Source: Utricularia gibba
Lineage: Eukaryota; Plantae; Magnoliophyta
Assembly: GCA_002189035.1 (NCBI GenBank)
Contig: NEEC01000012.1
Location: 2,976,001-3,040,000, forward strand
Direction of reading: 5' to 3'
Length of the DNA: 64,000 nucleotides
How positions within the stretch are numbered: the stretch's first letter is position 1; each line of letters starts with the position of its first letter. The notes under the pieces are model-generated. The model saw nothing but the letters and a program-made list of their open reading frames with translations, did no database searches and was not told the DNA's origin. A program made the translations under genes and the position numbers. Of this stretch, positions 45,122-58,456 are shown piece after piece.

Positions 45122-46142
45122 AGTTCCTGGAGAATAATCAAGAAACGGTATCCGAAGGACGACAGCAGCGCAGCCCACTCCGCAAAGAAATGAACGTTGT
45201 CCCACTCCCGCGGTCTTCTTCTTCCACAGCCCTACACACCTGCCAAAATTTGCAGTTATTTACTATATTTTATTGATTTCAAAATTTAGTATTCTTATAT
45301 TACAAAAACAATAAAATTTATGTAAATTTTTTAGGAACTATTTTTATTTTTGTGAAAAATTAAAAGTAGCTTATTCGTAAAATATATCTTGTTTTTTTAA
45401 TTCTGAATATTCCAAAAATAGATTTATCCGAAGTTTTATTTTATTTATATAGTTATTGGGCCGGGAGTTTAAGTATTGGGCCTCGTAGCTGCTTCCAGAC
45501 CTACTAAGAGAAAACGAGTACATTTGACTATTTGAGCACCGGTGGGCCCGATTTTTACACGTCGCGCTAAAAGACACATTGTTACGCCAAAAGGCTAAAA
45601 GGCGCCGGCATCCGTGCGTAGGTTAGCTAATTCTTATCAAATATCGATCTGATATTGGATATATCCAATTCACTTGGAACTAAAATTTGAAAATTGCGTA
45701 TTCGATCGGCACCACATGGATTTAGTCGTGACCTAAATCCACTACGGTGGCCCGCCGGCGAGGCATTCGTGACCTAACACATGTGTTATCGTGACTCGGC
45801 GTGGGCCCACTCCCGAACCATAAAAATGTAAACGGGCCCCACGGTTGGCAGATCCATTTGCATGTGGATGGAACCCGAATCGAACATCATTCAAAAAAAA
45901 ATATTAAAATTATAAATTTGAGTCACTAAAATTAATTTAAATTATTATAAAATGAAAATTTTAGTATAAAAATATGAATGTGTGTGTGTGTGTTTTTTTT
46001 TTATAAAATGCATTCCTTATACACATTAAACGACTCGTGGGGTTTGGGATCACGTGTATAAATAGAAGCACCTCCCGCACTCTAAGCATCCAACCCAGTC
46101 GAGTCATCATTTCTTCTTCTTCTGCTTGTTTTGCTTTCTGAT

Positions 46143-49100
46143 ATGGAAATGGCAAGAGTCCATGCTGCAGTCATGGCGGTTCTTTGCGCGGTTATGGCTA
46201 CCGGAGCCGCTCGAGTTCTCCCGCTGCACCCTTATGTAATGGACACGCCCATTGCTCACGCGTCCGTTTACGACACTTCCAAGTACGGGATCCTCCAGAT
46301 TGGAAACGGACTCGCCGGAACTCCGCAGATGGGGTGGGAATCCATTCATTTTACTTCGCGTTCTTCTAATTTTCTTCTATTACTGCATGATGATATTCAA
46401 GTTCCGTGAACTTGGTGAGTAGCCTTTCTTTCACGCAAGGGAGCTTTGGAATTATTAAACCTTTTCATTGCGTGTAGGGGATGGTGTTTTTACTGTTTTT
46501 TTTTCTTGTATAGAAGAATTCAACTTTGCCACGTATGTGGTATATGGTATCCAAATTGGTTTTTGGACAGCGATCATATTCTGGTAGTTGCCACGCATGT
46601 TATTTGTCTGACATGTTAGTACAGGACGAAGGTGGCACAACCCAATGGAAATTCTCTGTTCTGGGCAAGAAAAGGAAGAGGGGCCCTTCAAAAGAACATC
46701 TTTTATTAATTAATAATTTCACTTGGGGCTTGGGCAAGTGGCAACCTTCTCAAATGGAATATTATATTTTTTTAATAAAGAAAGTTTTTATTAGTAGTGA
46801 CACAACGAGGAAGATGACCAGAGTGATGCTATATTTTGAGTTGATCTCACATTTTTTGATACTCACAAATATGGGATTTTGCAGCTGAGAAATGGTTTGG
46901 TCATAACTCCCCAAATGAGATATCAAGATTGCTCTTTTCCTTTTCCTTTTTCAGTTTAATTTGCTCTGAATATTAACAGTTGGCTAATTTGAATTCCTGG
47001 AGCAGATGGAACAGTTGGAACTATTTTTCCTGTGATATTAATGAAGAACTCATAAGGGAAACTGGTAATAGTTTCACTCTGCTGTAAATGGTCCACATTT
47101 CACTTCATTGAAATCTGTGGTGCTTTCTCACAGCTGATGCACTCGTCTCTACTGGCTTGGCGAAGTTAGGCTATAACTATGTAAATATAGGTAACTGGTT
47201 ACTTCCTTCTCATATTTGTTGTTTTTTCATAATTTAAAGTTGTCTGATCTGATTCGCAGATGATTGTTGGTCTCAGCCAGAAAGGGATTCAAAGGTATAT
47301 CCATCTTCTAAGAGACATGTTTGCAGTTTACTGCAAGATTCTACTGGATAAGTAGCTCAAAACTGTGTGTATGTTCAGGGGCAACTTGTTCCGGATCCCA
47401 AAACCTTTCCATCTGGAATAAAGGCTCTTGCAGATTATGTGCACTCCAAAGGGTTGAAGCTTGGTATCTACTCTGATGCAGGGTAAGCAGGAGTTTCAAG
47501 CATAAGCTCCAATCTGGAAACTTGCTTCTATTGCCTGATCCTTTGAGTTGCATTATTCTGTAGGGCTTATACATGCCAAGTGAGACCTGGCTCCCTCAAC
47601 CATGAATATGATGATGCAAGAAGTTTTGCATCTTGGGTGAGATGTTTCTCTTGTTTTCAGTCATGCTCCCTTGTTGTCCATTTTTGGTGTTTTGGGAAAT
47701 GGCTGATAGTGCTTCTCTTTTGTTGTTGTACAGGACGTTGATTATTTGAAATATGACAACTGCTTCAATCTAGGCATTGATCCTGAGAAGAGGTAGTCGT
47801 CTGTGTGATTCAACTCAGAAGCTGGTTTCAGTCTCCTGATGTGGTGGTGTTTCTCTTTATCAGGTATCCTCCCATGCGCGATGCCCTGAATGCAACTGGA
47901 CGCACAATATTTTACTCGCTTTGCGAATGGTAAGCTTGACAACTTTTCAAAACAGAATATTGATTCAAACCCAAGAGTAAATGATAACCTGAGTGAGGCT
48001 CAAAACATGGCAGGGGTGTTCATGATCCAGCCATTTGGGCTGGAAAAGTAGGCAACAGTTGGAGAACCACAGACGATATCAATGATTCATGGGCAAGGTT
48101 TGGACCCCCCAGAAAATGACATTTTCTGCTCAGCAGATGTAGAGATAACTTGAGCTTATTTTCTCTGTTTGCTTGTAGCTTCACAACCATAGCTGATCTG
48201 AATGATAAATGGGCAGCCTACGCAGGGCCTGGTGGATGGAATGGTAAGACTCTCAGATCTTTGTCATAGATAGACCATGAAGCTCATTTATCAATTGGCA
48301 AATCTCTGTCCTTGTTTTGCAGACCCTGATATGCTAGAAGTTGGAAACGGTGGAATGACTTATGATGAGTACAGAGCACACTTCAGTATCTGGGCTCTGA
48401 TGAAGGTACTCCTGGCGCGAAAGCTTGTCTTGATCATGGAATCATGGAGCCATGAACTTCATAAAAAAAACTGCTGTTTTCTTTGTAGTCTCCACTTCTA
48501 ATTGGCTGTGATGTGAGAAACATGGCACCAGAGACATATGAGATCCTTACCAATGAGGAAGTTATCGCAGTCAACCAAGGCAAGTTCGTAGCTTCATGTG
48601 GATCTACTTCCATCTTTATTAGGATATAGCTTCTGCTTTGACATACTCCCAACCCACCTATTACTCTTGCAGATTCACTTGGTGTTCAAGGGAGAAAGGT
48701 TTATACTTATGGACCTGATAACTGCTATCAAGTAGGAACTCCAAGCTCTTCCATTGATTTTTTTTTTCCCTTTGTGGCATCTGATCTGACTTGAGGACTT
48801 TTTGGTTCCTTGCTGGTTTCAGATATGGGCCGGTCCGCTTTCTGGCCATCGTCTTGCTGTGGTTTTTTGGAACAGGTGCTCCAAACCCGCCACTATTTCT
48901 ACTCAATGGGCTGCACTTGGCCTTGAGTCTTCTACAAACGTCTCCATTAGAGACCTGTGGAAGGTACTTAAACTGAGTTATGATCTACATGCTTTCCCAC
49001 TGCAGTTTCGTCAGCCTAATGATCTCTGAGTTTCTCACCTATATGGAATTTTTCAGCATGAATATGTTGCAACGAACAAAAAGGGTTCATTCAGTGCTCG

Positions 49101-49164
49101 AGTTGCGCCTCATGCTTGCGAGATGTACATCTTCACTCCATCTGCGACCAAATCAGCTGTTTAA
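46143..49164 (+). CDS. AGAL3: Alpha-galactosidase (GH27, AGAL3-like), 15 exons including one GC-AG intron
   Basis: [89 protein letters not shown]; phases consistent. Confidence 0.92.
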
Positions 49165-50264
49165 CTCCCCTGTGCTCTCAGCATTGCTGAAAAAGGCTCT
49201 GGAGAAAAGAGAAGAACGAAGTTAACAGTTGAAGTTGAGCTTGGTTCATACTATTGTGTACAGCATTTGCATGTATTGGCATTTTTCCTGTTTGGGATTG
49301 AATATCAGTGTACTTCAGGCAACACTATGTTGCAACAGACAGAACAAGAGGTTTAAGTGTATGGAACTTCAGGCCAAAGAAGGCAAATAGCCTGGCTGAG
49401 CTCAAACTTCAGGTATTAGATGAGACTGTCGTGACTCAGTGTCCATCAAGACTCAAGAGGGCATGGCAAAACACTCTAAAGGAATTTCACCGAACATTTG
49501 GTGGGCACGGCAGGCTGCAGAAATTCTACAAAAATCTGTGATCACGAAAGCAAAATACGCAACAAACTTAGTATCATATCAATCAACAGAGAAGAGATAC
49601 AAAGAACGAAGCAATCAAATCTATGATCTATCTTTGGGAACAAGATTCTTGATCATTCGGTCTCAATAGTAGCACCTATGCGATAGCCCCCACAATCACA
49701 TTCATCCCTGTGATCCATCTGATTCTGGAAAGAAGCGCTCTCCACTTTCAGTTGCAGCCTACAGGTGGGAAGGTGGCTGGTGTTGCAGCAAATGCTAATG
49801 AAATCCGTGTCCGCGTGTCCCCTACCATCACCTCCACCACTCCATGATCGTGACCCATGAGCCGATTTCGCAATAACCCAGCAGCAAACTATTATACTAC
49901 TTTAGGCCGCGCCAGCCCTTCAACACACAATGAATGGCTACCACAGATCTGTGTTCTTTTCAACAAGTGGTGCTGTAAAGGTCACGCCTTTGCCCCCCTC
50001 AACAGAAACTGTATCTTCCGTAAAAAGGACAACAAATTTAAGGATTCATTGAACGGTTCTTTTTGTCTTATCAGCGGTAAGAAGAGATGAAACTCAGAGC
50101 AATTACTCATTCCTCTTGTAGGAAACATAAATTGCATATACAGACATGGACTCCTGGTGGCTTCATCCAATTTCAGCCTCAGGGAGCCATGTTTTGTTGT
50201 TCAAATTGTCTGAACAATCAACTCGCTCTCTATTGACCTAGGAGTAAAGACCTGCAACAGAGAA

Positions 50265-51115
50265 TCAGAATTGCCCGCCTTCAAAAGTCTGGCCAAATTG
50301 CCAGTCTGCGGGCGCAACGTTGTAGCTGGTGACGGTGCGGCCATCGCTGGCGGTCACCTGAATGGACAGAGGCTGGCCATTGAGATACGTATTGCTTTGC
50401 CAGTTTTGACCCCAGTTCCGGGACATGGGCTGCCACCCTGTGTTGGAACCTTTGATGGACACTGAATGCACGTCTCCGGCGCCGGCCACATTGGTGACCA
50501 GGAGCAAGTTGAAGTAGGCGTGGCCATTGATTGTGAATCTTATCCCTCCCTTCTTCACGCATGGCACCCTTCTGAAGGAAACCGGCACGATTCCGGCACG
50601 GTACTGGGCGATCTGCAGGTATGCCGGCTCGGCGAGATCGAAGTGCTGCCGGGAGGATTGCACCAGCCACCGTTGTCATTAGGGAGGGAGGGATTTGGAG
50701 GGCAGAAGTTGGTGGCGGTGACGGTGATGGTCCCGGGGTTGCACGATCGGGGCTCGCCGGAGCAAGTGAGCTCGTAGCAGGCGCCGCAGGTGAGGCCGTT
50801 GTTGAATAGAGCAGTACTCAGAGCAGCCGTGTTAGTGCCGTAGCCCTGACTGTACAAGTTGCCGTAGCCACACGCTCCACCTGTTTCCGCCATCACAAAA
50901 CAGCACATACATCCATCGATCAACAACATAACAGACACCAAATAAACTCAATTGTCTGAATGAGGCTCCTCGGACTCACCCATTGTGCCGGATGCATCAC
51001 CCCCGCCGTAGAAGGTAGCATGGGCGGTGTCCCAACTTCCATATTCACCAAACACACCCAAAAATGAGACTCCCCAGAAGAGTAGAGTCATCAAAGAAGC
51101 TGCAGAAGAAGCCAT
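50265..51115 (-). CDS. Alpha-expansin (EXPA2/EXPA8-like), 2 exons, apparent frameshift at 50651-50653
   Basis: Signal peptide, [71 protein letters not shown]. Exons 50980-51115 and 50265-50880 total 752 nt, one short of a whole number of codons. Confidence 0.9.
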
Positions 51116-51147
51116 CAAGCGAAAATGCCACTCAACTCCGTGCCACG

Positions 51148-51172
51148 AGAGAAGAAGAAGAAGAAGAAGAAG
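51148..51172. repeat. (GAA/TTC)n microsatellite in the expansin 5' UTR
   Basis: About 7-8 consecutive AGA/GAA units just upstream of the expansin ATG. Confidence 0.8.
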
Positions 51173-52299
51173 ATGGTGGTTGTGGAAAACTGTGAACCGG
51201 AGAAAGGGTTATTTATAATGAGAAAAGCATATGAAAGTATCGGAAAAGGACGAGCTAGCTAGCAGCAGCAGAAATAAGTTCGACAGGCACCAAACCACCA
51301 AGCACATGCATTTGCCTTGAAACACGAACCATCAAGTGGCAATCTCTTCGACCCTACATGCACATGCAATTCTCTGCAGCTCTTACCCTTCCCAATTAAC
51401 CGCCGTGACTCCCAAGCACACGGATGGTATAAAATATCAACTGCACGCAGTGAAAACCACCCCACCCTGCAACAACCGATTAGAATCCACAAAACCCAAT
51501 TAGCCCATCCAGACAAACCCATGTGGGTGCTCGAGAAATGTCGTCTCCCGGCATTCAACCACCATACCTGAAACTGATACGGTGGCAAAAGGCCCAACTC
51601 CGGGTAAATCTCCGTATCCGTACTGTATCTTGGGGCAATGCAATGCCTGCAATGAATAGGACAGTTATGTAGTAATTGAACACCTCATGCTCCCTCCTAC
51701 AACTACTTGATGATCGGTCGGGGCTGCAGTAAGCTTGATGAAGACGTGTTTAGAGATGAACATGACAGGGATTAGGTGAGGGGGAAACTTCAGTCGGTTC
51801 GGTTCATAGCCTACCACGTTACTAGCACGTTGTGTACATTTCACCCCAATCATTTAAATTACATTATTAATATTGTTTTTAACATTCTTATAATTTTACC
51901 TTCTACCTTTTTAATAAAAATATTTCATATAAAATTATAGAAAATACATTTATATAAATTTTTATTCTATTCTTGTAATCGATACGAGATTCATGTAAGT
52001 TACTTATCTTTTTTCTTAGGCGAGACTATCATGCATAGGTTTATTTTGAAGAATTTGTGCTTTTAAAAATGGTCTAAAAATAATATTGTTATCACATAAG
52101 AACGTTTTGTAATTTAAAAGAAATTGAAATTGAAAATTTTTTTTTCAAAAAAGTGATTTTAAAGAAGGGTGATAAAATAGGACCGTATTTAACCAATTTG
52201 TGATAAGTGGAATATCATATTGATAATGAGTTGGAATAATAAGAAATTGGTATAATAATTATTATTATTTTTTCGTTCGAAAATATGTGGCCATGAAGG

Positions 52300-52360
52300 A
52301 AGATATTTGGAGGGCAGAAAGAAAGATATTTGGAGGGCAGAAAGAAAGATATTTGGAGGA
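52300..52360. repeat. 23-bp tandem repeat, about 2.6 copies
   Basis: AAGATATTTGGAGGGCAGAAAGA at 52300-52322 and 52323-52345, partial third copy from 52346. Confidence 0.85.
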
Positions 52361-53509
52361 AAATAAAAATGTGGAGGAGAAAAAAAAAGAAAATGTAAAG
52401 GCGGTGGGTGGATATTTGTTGGACCGGGTGAATCAACGGCGACCACACGATAGATATTTATATTATCTGGGCCGAAAGGGATGCCGTCTCGAAATGACGG
52501 CCACGCGAATGAGATATTCCGAGAAGAAATTAGAGGGATGGGGCAGAGACGGGACCTGGAGCCCATCCGACGGGTCCCCTTGGTCGGAGCGCCGGCCTTC
52601 ACGTGCTCGTGCTATTCACGCGCCTCCTCATGGACGGCCGTGCTCGGAGCTTACTCGACCCGACCCTGGAAAATATGGACCCAAATGATAATCGGGTTTT
52701 TGGGCCTGTGGCCCAAGGTCAGTAGGGCCGAAAAGTCCAACGGACTTAAATCAAAATTGGTCTGGTATATTTTTATAATTAAAAATTATTTATAATTGTA
52801 TTTTAAGATATAAAACCTTTTATTTTACATTTTATATCAATTATATTATTTATTATTATTATTATGAATTATTTGATTAATATCAATATTTGTAATTTAA
52901 ATATTTATTTTCGCGAATGAAATCAATATCTAATTTTTCAAATAATTTGATATTATTTTGATACATTATCCATATCGAATTGCGTTCACCTGTTAATTAT
53001 TATATTTTTGGAATTGGCAGAAATATTCGTATTTTTCTATTATCATTTTTAAGGCATCAATTACCTTTTTTTTCTGAATTTACTTTCCTACACAAAAAAA
53101 TCACGTTTCTACGTGGCTTTCTGGTGCGAGAGAACTGCTTGCGCGCGCGCTTCTTCTACAAATTCAAATGGTCGCCCGTCGTTGACTTCGATTCGGATTT
53201 CCCCCCTCCGCGACCCACTTTCAAATCTCACTCATTTTAAAGTAAATTGATTTGGGTTTGGCACGGCAAGGGATTTCTTCTCTAAATATCGGATCTTTGT
53301 TGTTTCTATTGAGCCTACATGAATTGCGCGAATTGGGTTCTGGGTCGATCTGTAAACGAGCGCGAATCTGAAGAAAAGGTTGGATCTTTTGAATTGTTTC
53401 AAATGTTCTGCCGTGTGGAGTTGGATTTCACCCTTTGTAATTAATCAGACTCTTGGTTTTCAATCCATAGCTGGTGGACGGACGGAAGGGGAGCTTCTTG
53501 GAAACCGAA

Positions 53510-55438
53510 ATGTCTGGGGCGTCAGATGGAATAGTAAAGATTCGAGGCCTTGAATTGGCTATTCACTCTGAAGGTATTTCTATGGGCCTTTTCTTGTACT
53601 GATTTCTTTCTGGTTCTTTGGATTGTTGAAAGCCTGGTTCTTTGTGGAAATGAATAAAACGATAGGGTACTTGCTACTCTATACTGTATCATATTACGGT
53701 CTCTGGTACACCGTAGATGAAGAAGGAACAAAATGTTGTGTCTAAGAGTTTTCTTTTTTTATCAGGAACAGGTGAAAACGTTAGTCTTCAACCAAACATC
53801 AACACCACTTCATGGGTCTGTGATGCAAATGCTGCAGTTCGTTCTGCTAATTGTGCAGATAATGTTACGAAAGCAAGAAATGGGCTAGATCTAAACACTG
53901 ATGATATGTCCGCTTGTGGGAATGAACTCCTTCACACATCTAAAGGCTCTGAAGAAATGGATTCATGGGAAGTATGGAAACGTTCACAGAAATACAATAT
54001 GCATTGTCCTAGCGCCATGAGTGAGGGGATACCAAGGGCGCGTGGGAGAAGCAGGTCAGGTAATGATTCAATTAAGAAGAGGGTACTCATTTCCAAAAAG
54101 CAACGGGCTGACACAGTTTCAAGACTTGCTGCTCCAAGTGGCTTGCTTAATGGGCTGAATCCTGGGATCCTGAACCATGTGAGAAACAGTAAGCAGGTTC
54201 GGGCGATCATTGAAAATATTTTGAAGTCAGAAAGCCTCGATAATCACTTATCTGGAAGTGCAAGGAACAATGAAACCAACAATTCAAGACAAGAGCTTAC
54301 TAGAAGGAATGAATTGGGAAATACAGGTTTGGTTACTTATATTTTTTCCATTGGTCCTCTAGAAGATGAGACTGATGATGAGTATGCTTCATTTTTGTCT
54401 CCTGTATCAGGCTGTCCAAGTGCTGAGTCTGCCAAAGATGGCGGAGCTTGGGAAGGTAACACCGAAGATGGGATGGTAAATCGGTCTGGAGGCACACATC
54501 ATCTGTGGCTGTTGCCTGCGAGAATAGGCGGTGTACGTCCAACGATGAATTGGTTTACGGTCGTAGTGTTTCTTCACTTTCTAAAGAAGGTAGTGTTAGA
54601 GTGTGACAATTAGTTTTCCATCACCATTAAAGACTTGCTTCTGTAAAAGGTATTTAATCTTCTGAAACCTGCACATATTTTCAGCTGCGAATGTGGCTGC
54701 ACAATGGTTGGAGCTTCTGAATCATGACATTAGAGGACGCCTTTTAGGCAAGTTCTACTTGAAGTGATCATGCATTTGAAGCTTTGGATAAATTCCTAAC
54801 AGAAACTGATCTATTCTTGCAGCACTAAAACAGAGCAAGAAAAGAGTTATGGAAGCTATACACACTGAATTGCCCCTCCAAATGCAAAGTGAATTTTCAT
54901 CAAACCTGCCAAGGTACGCCGAAGCTGATACTTGCCATCTTAATCGAGCCATGGCTGATGCACACTTTGCCAAGTGGATCAAGATCTTCATGCAAATGCA
55001 AAAGGCACTTGATGAAGAAGAGCAGATTTTGGTGAGAGCTCCATATGTGTCTTTTCCCACTTTCATGTTTGTTGTTCCCAACCTTTTCATGAGGCTGAGG
55101 TTTTCCGTTTCTCCAGGAAAGTTGGCTGAACCAATTACAACAAGTACGATTGCAATGTGAAAAGGGGCTCAGCGGAGACTGGGGGTAACGCCATATTATT
55201 CCTCTAACATGATTTGCATCCTTAGAAAAGCATGCCAAATGCCTCTAGTTTATAGCTGCTATCTGGAAGCATGTTAAAATCATCTTCTTTAGTCCCCCCC
55301 GATATGCTATACGTGGGAACTCAATTGCATAATGTGCGCTGCAGGCTCGAGAAAACGGATAGTGTGGAGGCAGAGTTAGCAGTGAGAGCTACAGCCGCGT
55401 CCATGTACTCTATGTGCAACTACTTGCTATCAGCATAA
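53510..55438 (+). CDS. Uncharacterised conserved plant protein (UCP030365-like), with a GC-AG intron and an apparent frameshift near 54470
   Basis: GLLNGLNPGILNHVRNSKQVRAII, AANVAAQWLELLNHDIRGRLLALKQSKKRV, WIKIFMQMQKALDEEE, ELAVRATAASMYSMCNYL. Exon 1 53510-53573 joins exon 2 (53766) in frame. Confidence 0.78.
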
Positions 55439-55978
55439 GATATCCTCAAAACCAGTGGTGGGTGCTGAAGCAGTGCCAGAGATTCCATCTGTCGTATTAG
55501 TCTGACATGTTTGCTCCCTTGCCATTTCACTGTTTTTTCTTCCTGCTAAAATGCTCAACTAGCCTTGCTCTTCTAGTTTCTAAAGCTTTCTGAGCTGGGA
55601 CAGAGCCTCAACCATTTATGGAATTAGATTCCTGTAGTTTGAGAGCTCAGATTCAGTCAAGAACCACGAATAGGACAATTCGAAGTAGCCATCCCAGTTT
55701 TGATTCATGATTCAGCCAATCCTCTGCGTGCTGATGCAAATCGTTTTTTGTAAAGGAATTTGATGATGTTAACCTCCAGCTTGTGTTCCATTGACCCCCA
55801 GCTTCCGCTTTCCATGGAGAGAACTTGTGTAGAATCATATTCTTTTTGGTTTCATATTTCCAAATAGGCACCGAGAGGTCTACGGCAGCGGCTGTCCTGA
55901 CATGACGTAATATAAACTCCCCCTGTTTTCCGAGTGATTCATAGACGTCGGATCGAGATCCCCTGGAGGCCAATCCTC

Positions 55979-56047
55979 GCCGTTGAATCTACCCAACGCC
56001 CACATCGTGCCGTTGAATCTACCCAACACCCACATCGCGCCGTTGAA
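55979..56047. repeat. 30-bp tandem repeat (2.3 copies), each unit carrying CCGTTG
   Basis: GCCGTTGAATCTACCCAACGCCCACATCGT at 55979-56008, near-identical copy 56009-56038, partial third copy 56039-56047. Confidence 0.9.
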
Positions 56048-56638
56048 CTTCGTCTTCCTTCGGTTTTCTAGACCGTCTTGAATTACTCGCGGCATTAGCC
56101 AGATTTGCCGGCTCCTTCTAGTGAAGCCGCGCGGGTCAAAACGTCTGCCTGAAAGCTGGGTCGTCGCGGCATTCTGTTTCGGGCCTGAATCGCGGACGCT
56201 TCTCTTTGTAAGCCTGGTATGGGGAAAAACTCCTGTTAATTTCTGGGTACCGCCCGATCTTGCGAATTCTTGTGAACTTCTTTCTCATCGGGATAGGGAA
56301 CGCAAGGGGAGTATTTCGTTGTTTATAAAATTCCACTGTTGTATCAGTTACAGGGTAGGCAATTTTTCCCTTTCTCCTTCGTGTTGAACCGGGATACGAT
56401 TTCGTGTTTTCCCTATCCGATGCCTATGTCGTTCGTCTTTCTGGGTGACAATTTCTTTTAAGATATAGGCTTCAAGACTCGACCTTTTTACCTCGGGTTG
56501 GACAGTTGCCTTCTCGGTTTTGATGTCCTCTAGCTGATATTCCCATGCCGCATGAATTTTGAATGAGAAAGTTGATTTGGGTTTCTTTTCCAGGAGAAGA
56601 CTGAGTATTGTTCTTGTTGTTGTGCATATCAGATGTGA

Positions 56639-58126
56639 ATGATGCAGAAGGAGCTATTAGAGGTGTTTGAGGCTGTGAAGAGGGCAGCGGACAGAGCTGA
56701 GAACTCCGTAGAGGAAGAAGATCGATGCGTTAATTCATTAAAAAAGCTCAAGAAGATCCCTGTTAACTATAATGTTCTTGTATCCACACAGGTATTTTCA
56801 GCTTCCAGCTGAATAGTCCTTTCTCCTTGCTAATTCTTATTTTTTATAGCGCAAGATTGCCTAGTCATGAGCTGATGCCTCCCTCCCCGGAGCTTGGCAG
56901 GCTAGCATTCCTTTTCTGTGAGTTCACAAAAGTGAATCCTTTTCACTCGGAAGCTTCGAGTTCGTTGATGCTATAATGACATCTATGACCGATGAATCTT
57001 CTTTTTAGCTAAAGGATTTTCTTTTTCTGATAAGAACTCCAGCTTCTGAAATACTACCTTAGTTCTTCTTTTTTCTTTCAATGTGCACTGCAAGTTTTGT
57101 TTCTGTAATTTGTGTATGAAAGACGGGGACTTGTGTTGGCTGTTGAACTTGCTGAATTATTGAGTTTAATTTTATGCTTGGTAACATCATTTACAGGTCG
57201 GAAAGCGTTTACGCCAGCTAACTAAACATAGAAGTGAGAAGATCAAGGTGCTGGCGTCTGATGTTGTCGAAATATGGAAGGATATTGTTGTTAAAGAGAC
57301 AATTAACAGCAAGAAGAATGGGGTGACTGGGAATGGTGAGCCTGATAAAGCTGATTCCTCTAGTGCAGAACCCAGTGAGCAACAAACTTTCAAAAGATCA
57401 AACTCTGTTAAGCACGAGGCAGATCCAGACTCGAAGAAGATAAAGATAGAGAAATCCCCTCATTATAGTCACTTAAAGTCAGAGACCACATCAGGCATCA
57501 AAGATGAGAGAAACTCCCATAATCATATTGGTCATGAAAGAGAAGTTCAACGTGAGAAGAAACCGGCTGCTCCACCGAAGCTCACATCCCTTGTTTTATG
57601 CAAAGATCCTTTGAGGGATAAAGTCAGAGAAATCCTCTCTGAAGCTCTGAGTAGAGTCTATGGTGAAGTTAGTGATGACGAAGAACTTCAAGACAAAGTT
57701 AATGACTGTGACCCCAACCGAGTTGCTGTCATGGTGGAGAGCGCATTGTTTGAGAAATGGGGCAAGTCTAATGGAGCTCAGAAGTTCAAATACAGGTCTA
57801 TACTGTTCAACATCAAGGATGCAAACAACCCTGACTTTCGAAGAAAAGTTTTGACTGGCGAGATTGCACCACATAGAATTGTTGATCTGACGCCACAAGA
57901 AATGGCTAGTGAAGAGAGGCAAACTCAGAACGAGAAGATCAAGCAGAAAGCATTGTTCAACAGCGAACGTGCAGCTGCTCCAAAGGCTAGCACAAGTGAG
58001 TTCAGATGTGGTAGATGCAAGAAGAAGGAATGCACTTACTATCAAATGCAGACTCGGAGTGCAGATGAGCCCATGACCACTTACGTGACCTGTGTAAACT
58101 GTGGACATCACTGGAAGTTCTGCTAA
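56639..58126 (+). CDS. TFIIS: Transcription elongation factor TFIIS, 2 coding exons
   Basis: VLVSTQ|VGKRLRQLTKH, LRDKVREILSEAL, KYRSILFNIKDANNPDFRRKVL, zinc ribbon FRCGRCKKKECTYYQMQTRSADEPMTTYVTCVNCGHHWKFC. Exons 56639-56791 and 57197-58126. Confidence 0.96.
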
Positions 58127-58456
58127 GTGATGTGTTGAGCATTCCTTCTCTAGCCCAGCTCAGGTTTCTGCTTCACCATCTCATTTTATTTTATTTTTTG
58201 GAGTATGGTTTCAGCAAATTCATCCGATGCAAACTGTTGTTAGTGACTTAATCGTATCATTAAGCTTTAGATTTGGTGATCATGAATGTACTGTTCTGGG
58301 TCTGCATCTTTTATATATTATGGAATCAAGACTATCTCCGGCACATACAGTGACAAAAAATCAAAAGCCTTGTTACCCTCGCAACTTTTCAATGCAATCA
58401 CAAAATGTACACTTACAGAGTCTAAGGAATCTCAGAACTAAGCCCCGAGAACTGAA

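Noticed and set aside
45450-45850. TGGGCC/GGGCCC site II-like cluster and a 16-bp palindrome (45654-45669) between TLC and AGAL
   Set aside because: Ordinary feature of housekeeping and divergent plant promoters.
52170-52780. Possible MULE-MITE around the 23-bp tandem repeat
   Set aside because: End-to-end inverted similarity is weak and no TSD is evident.
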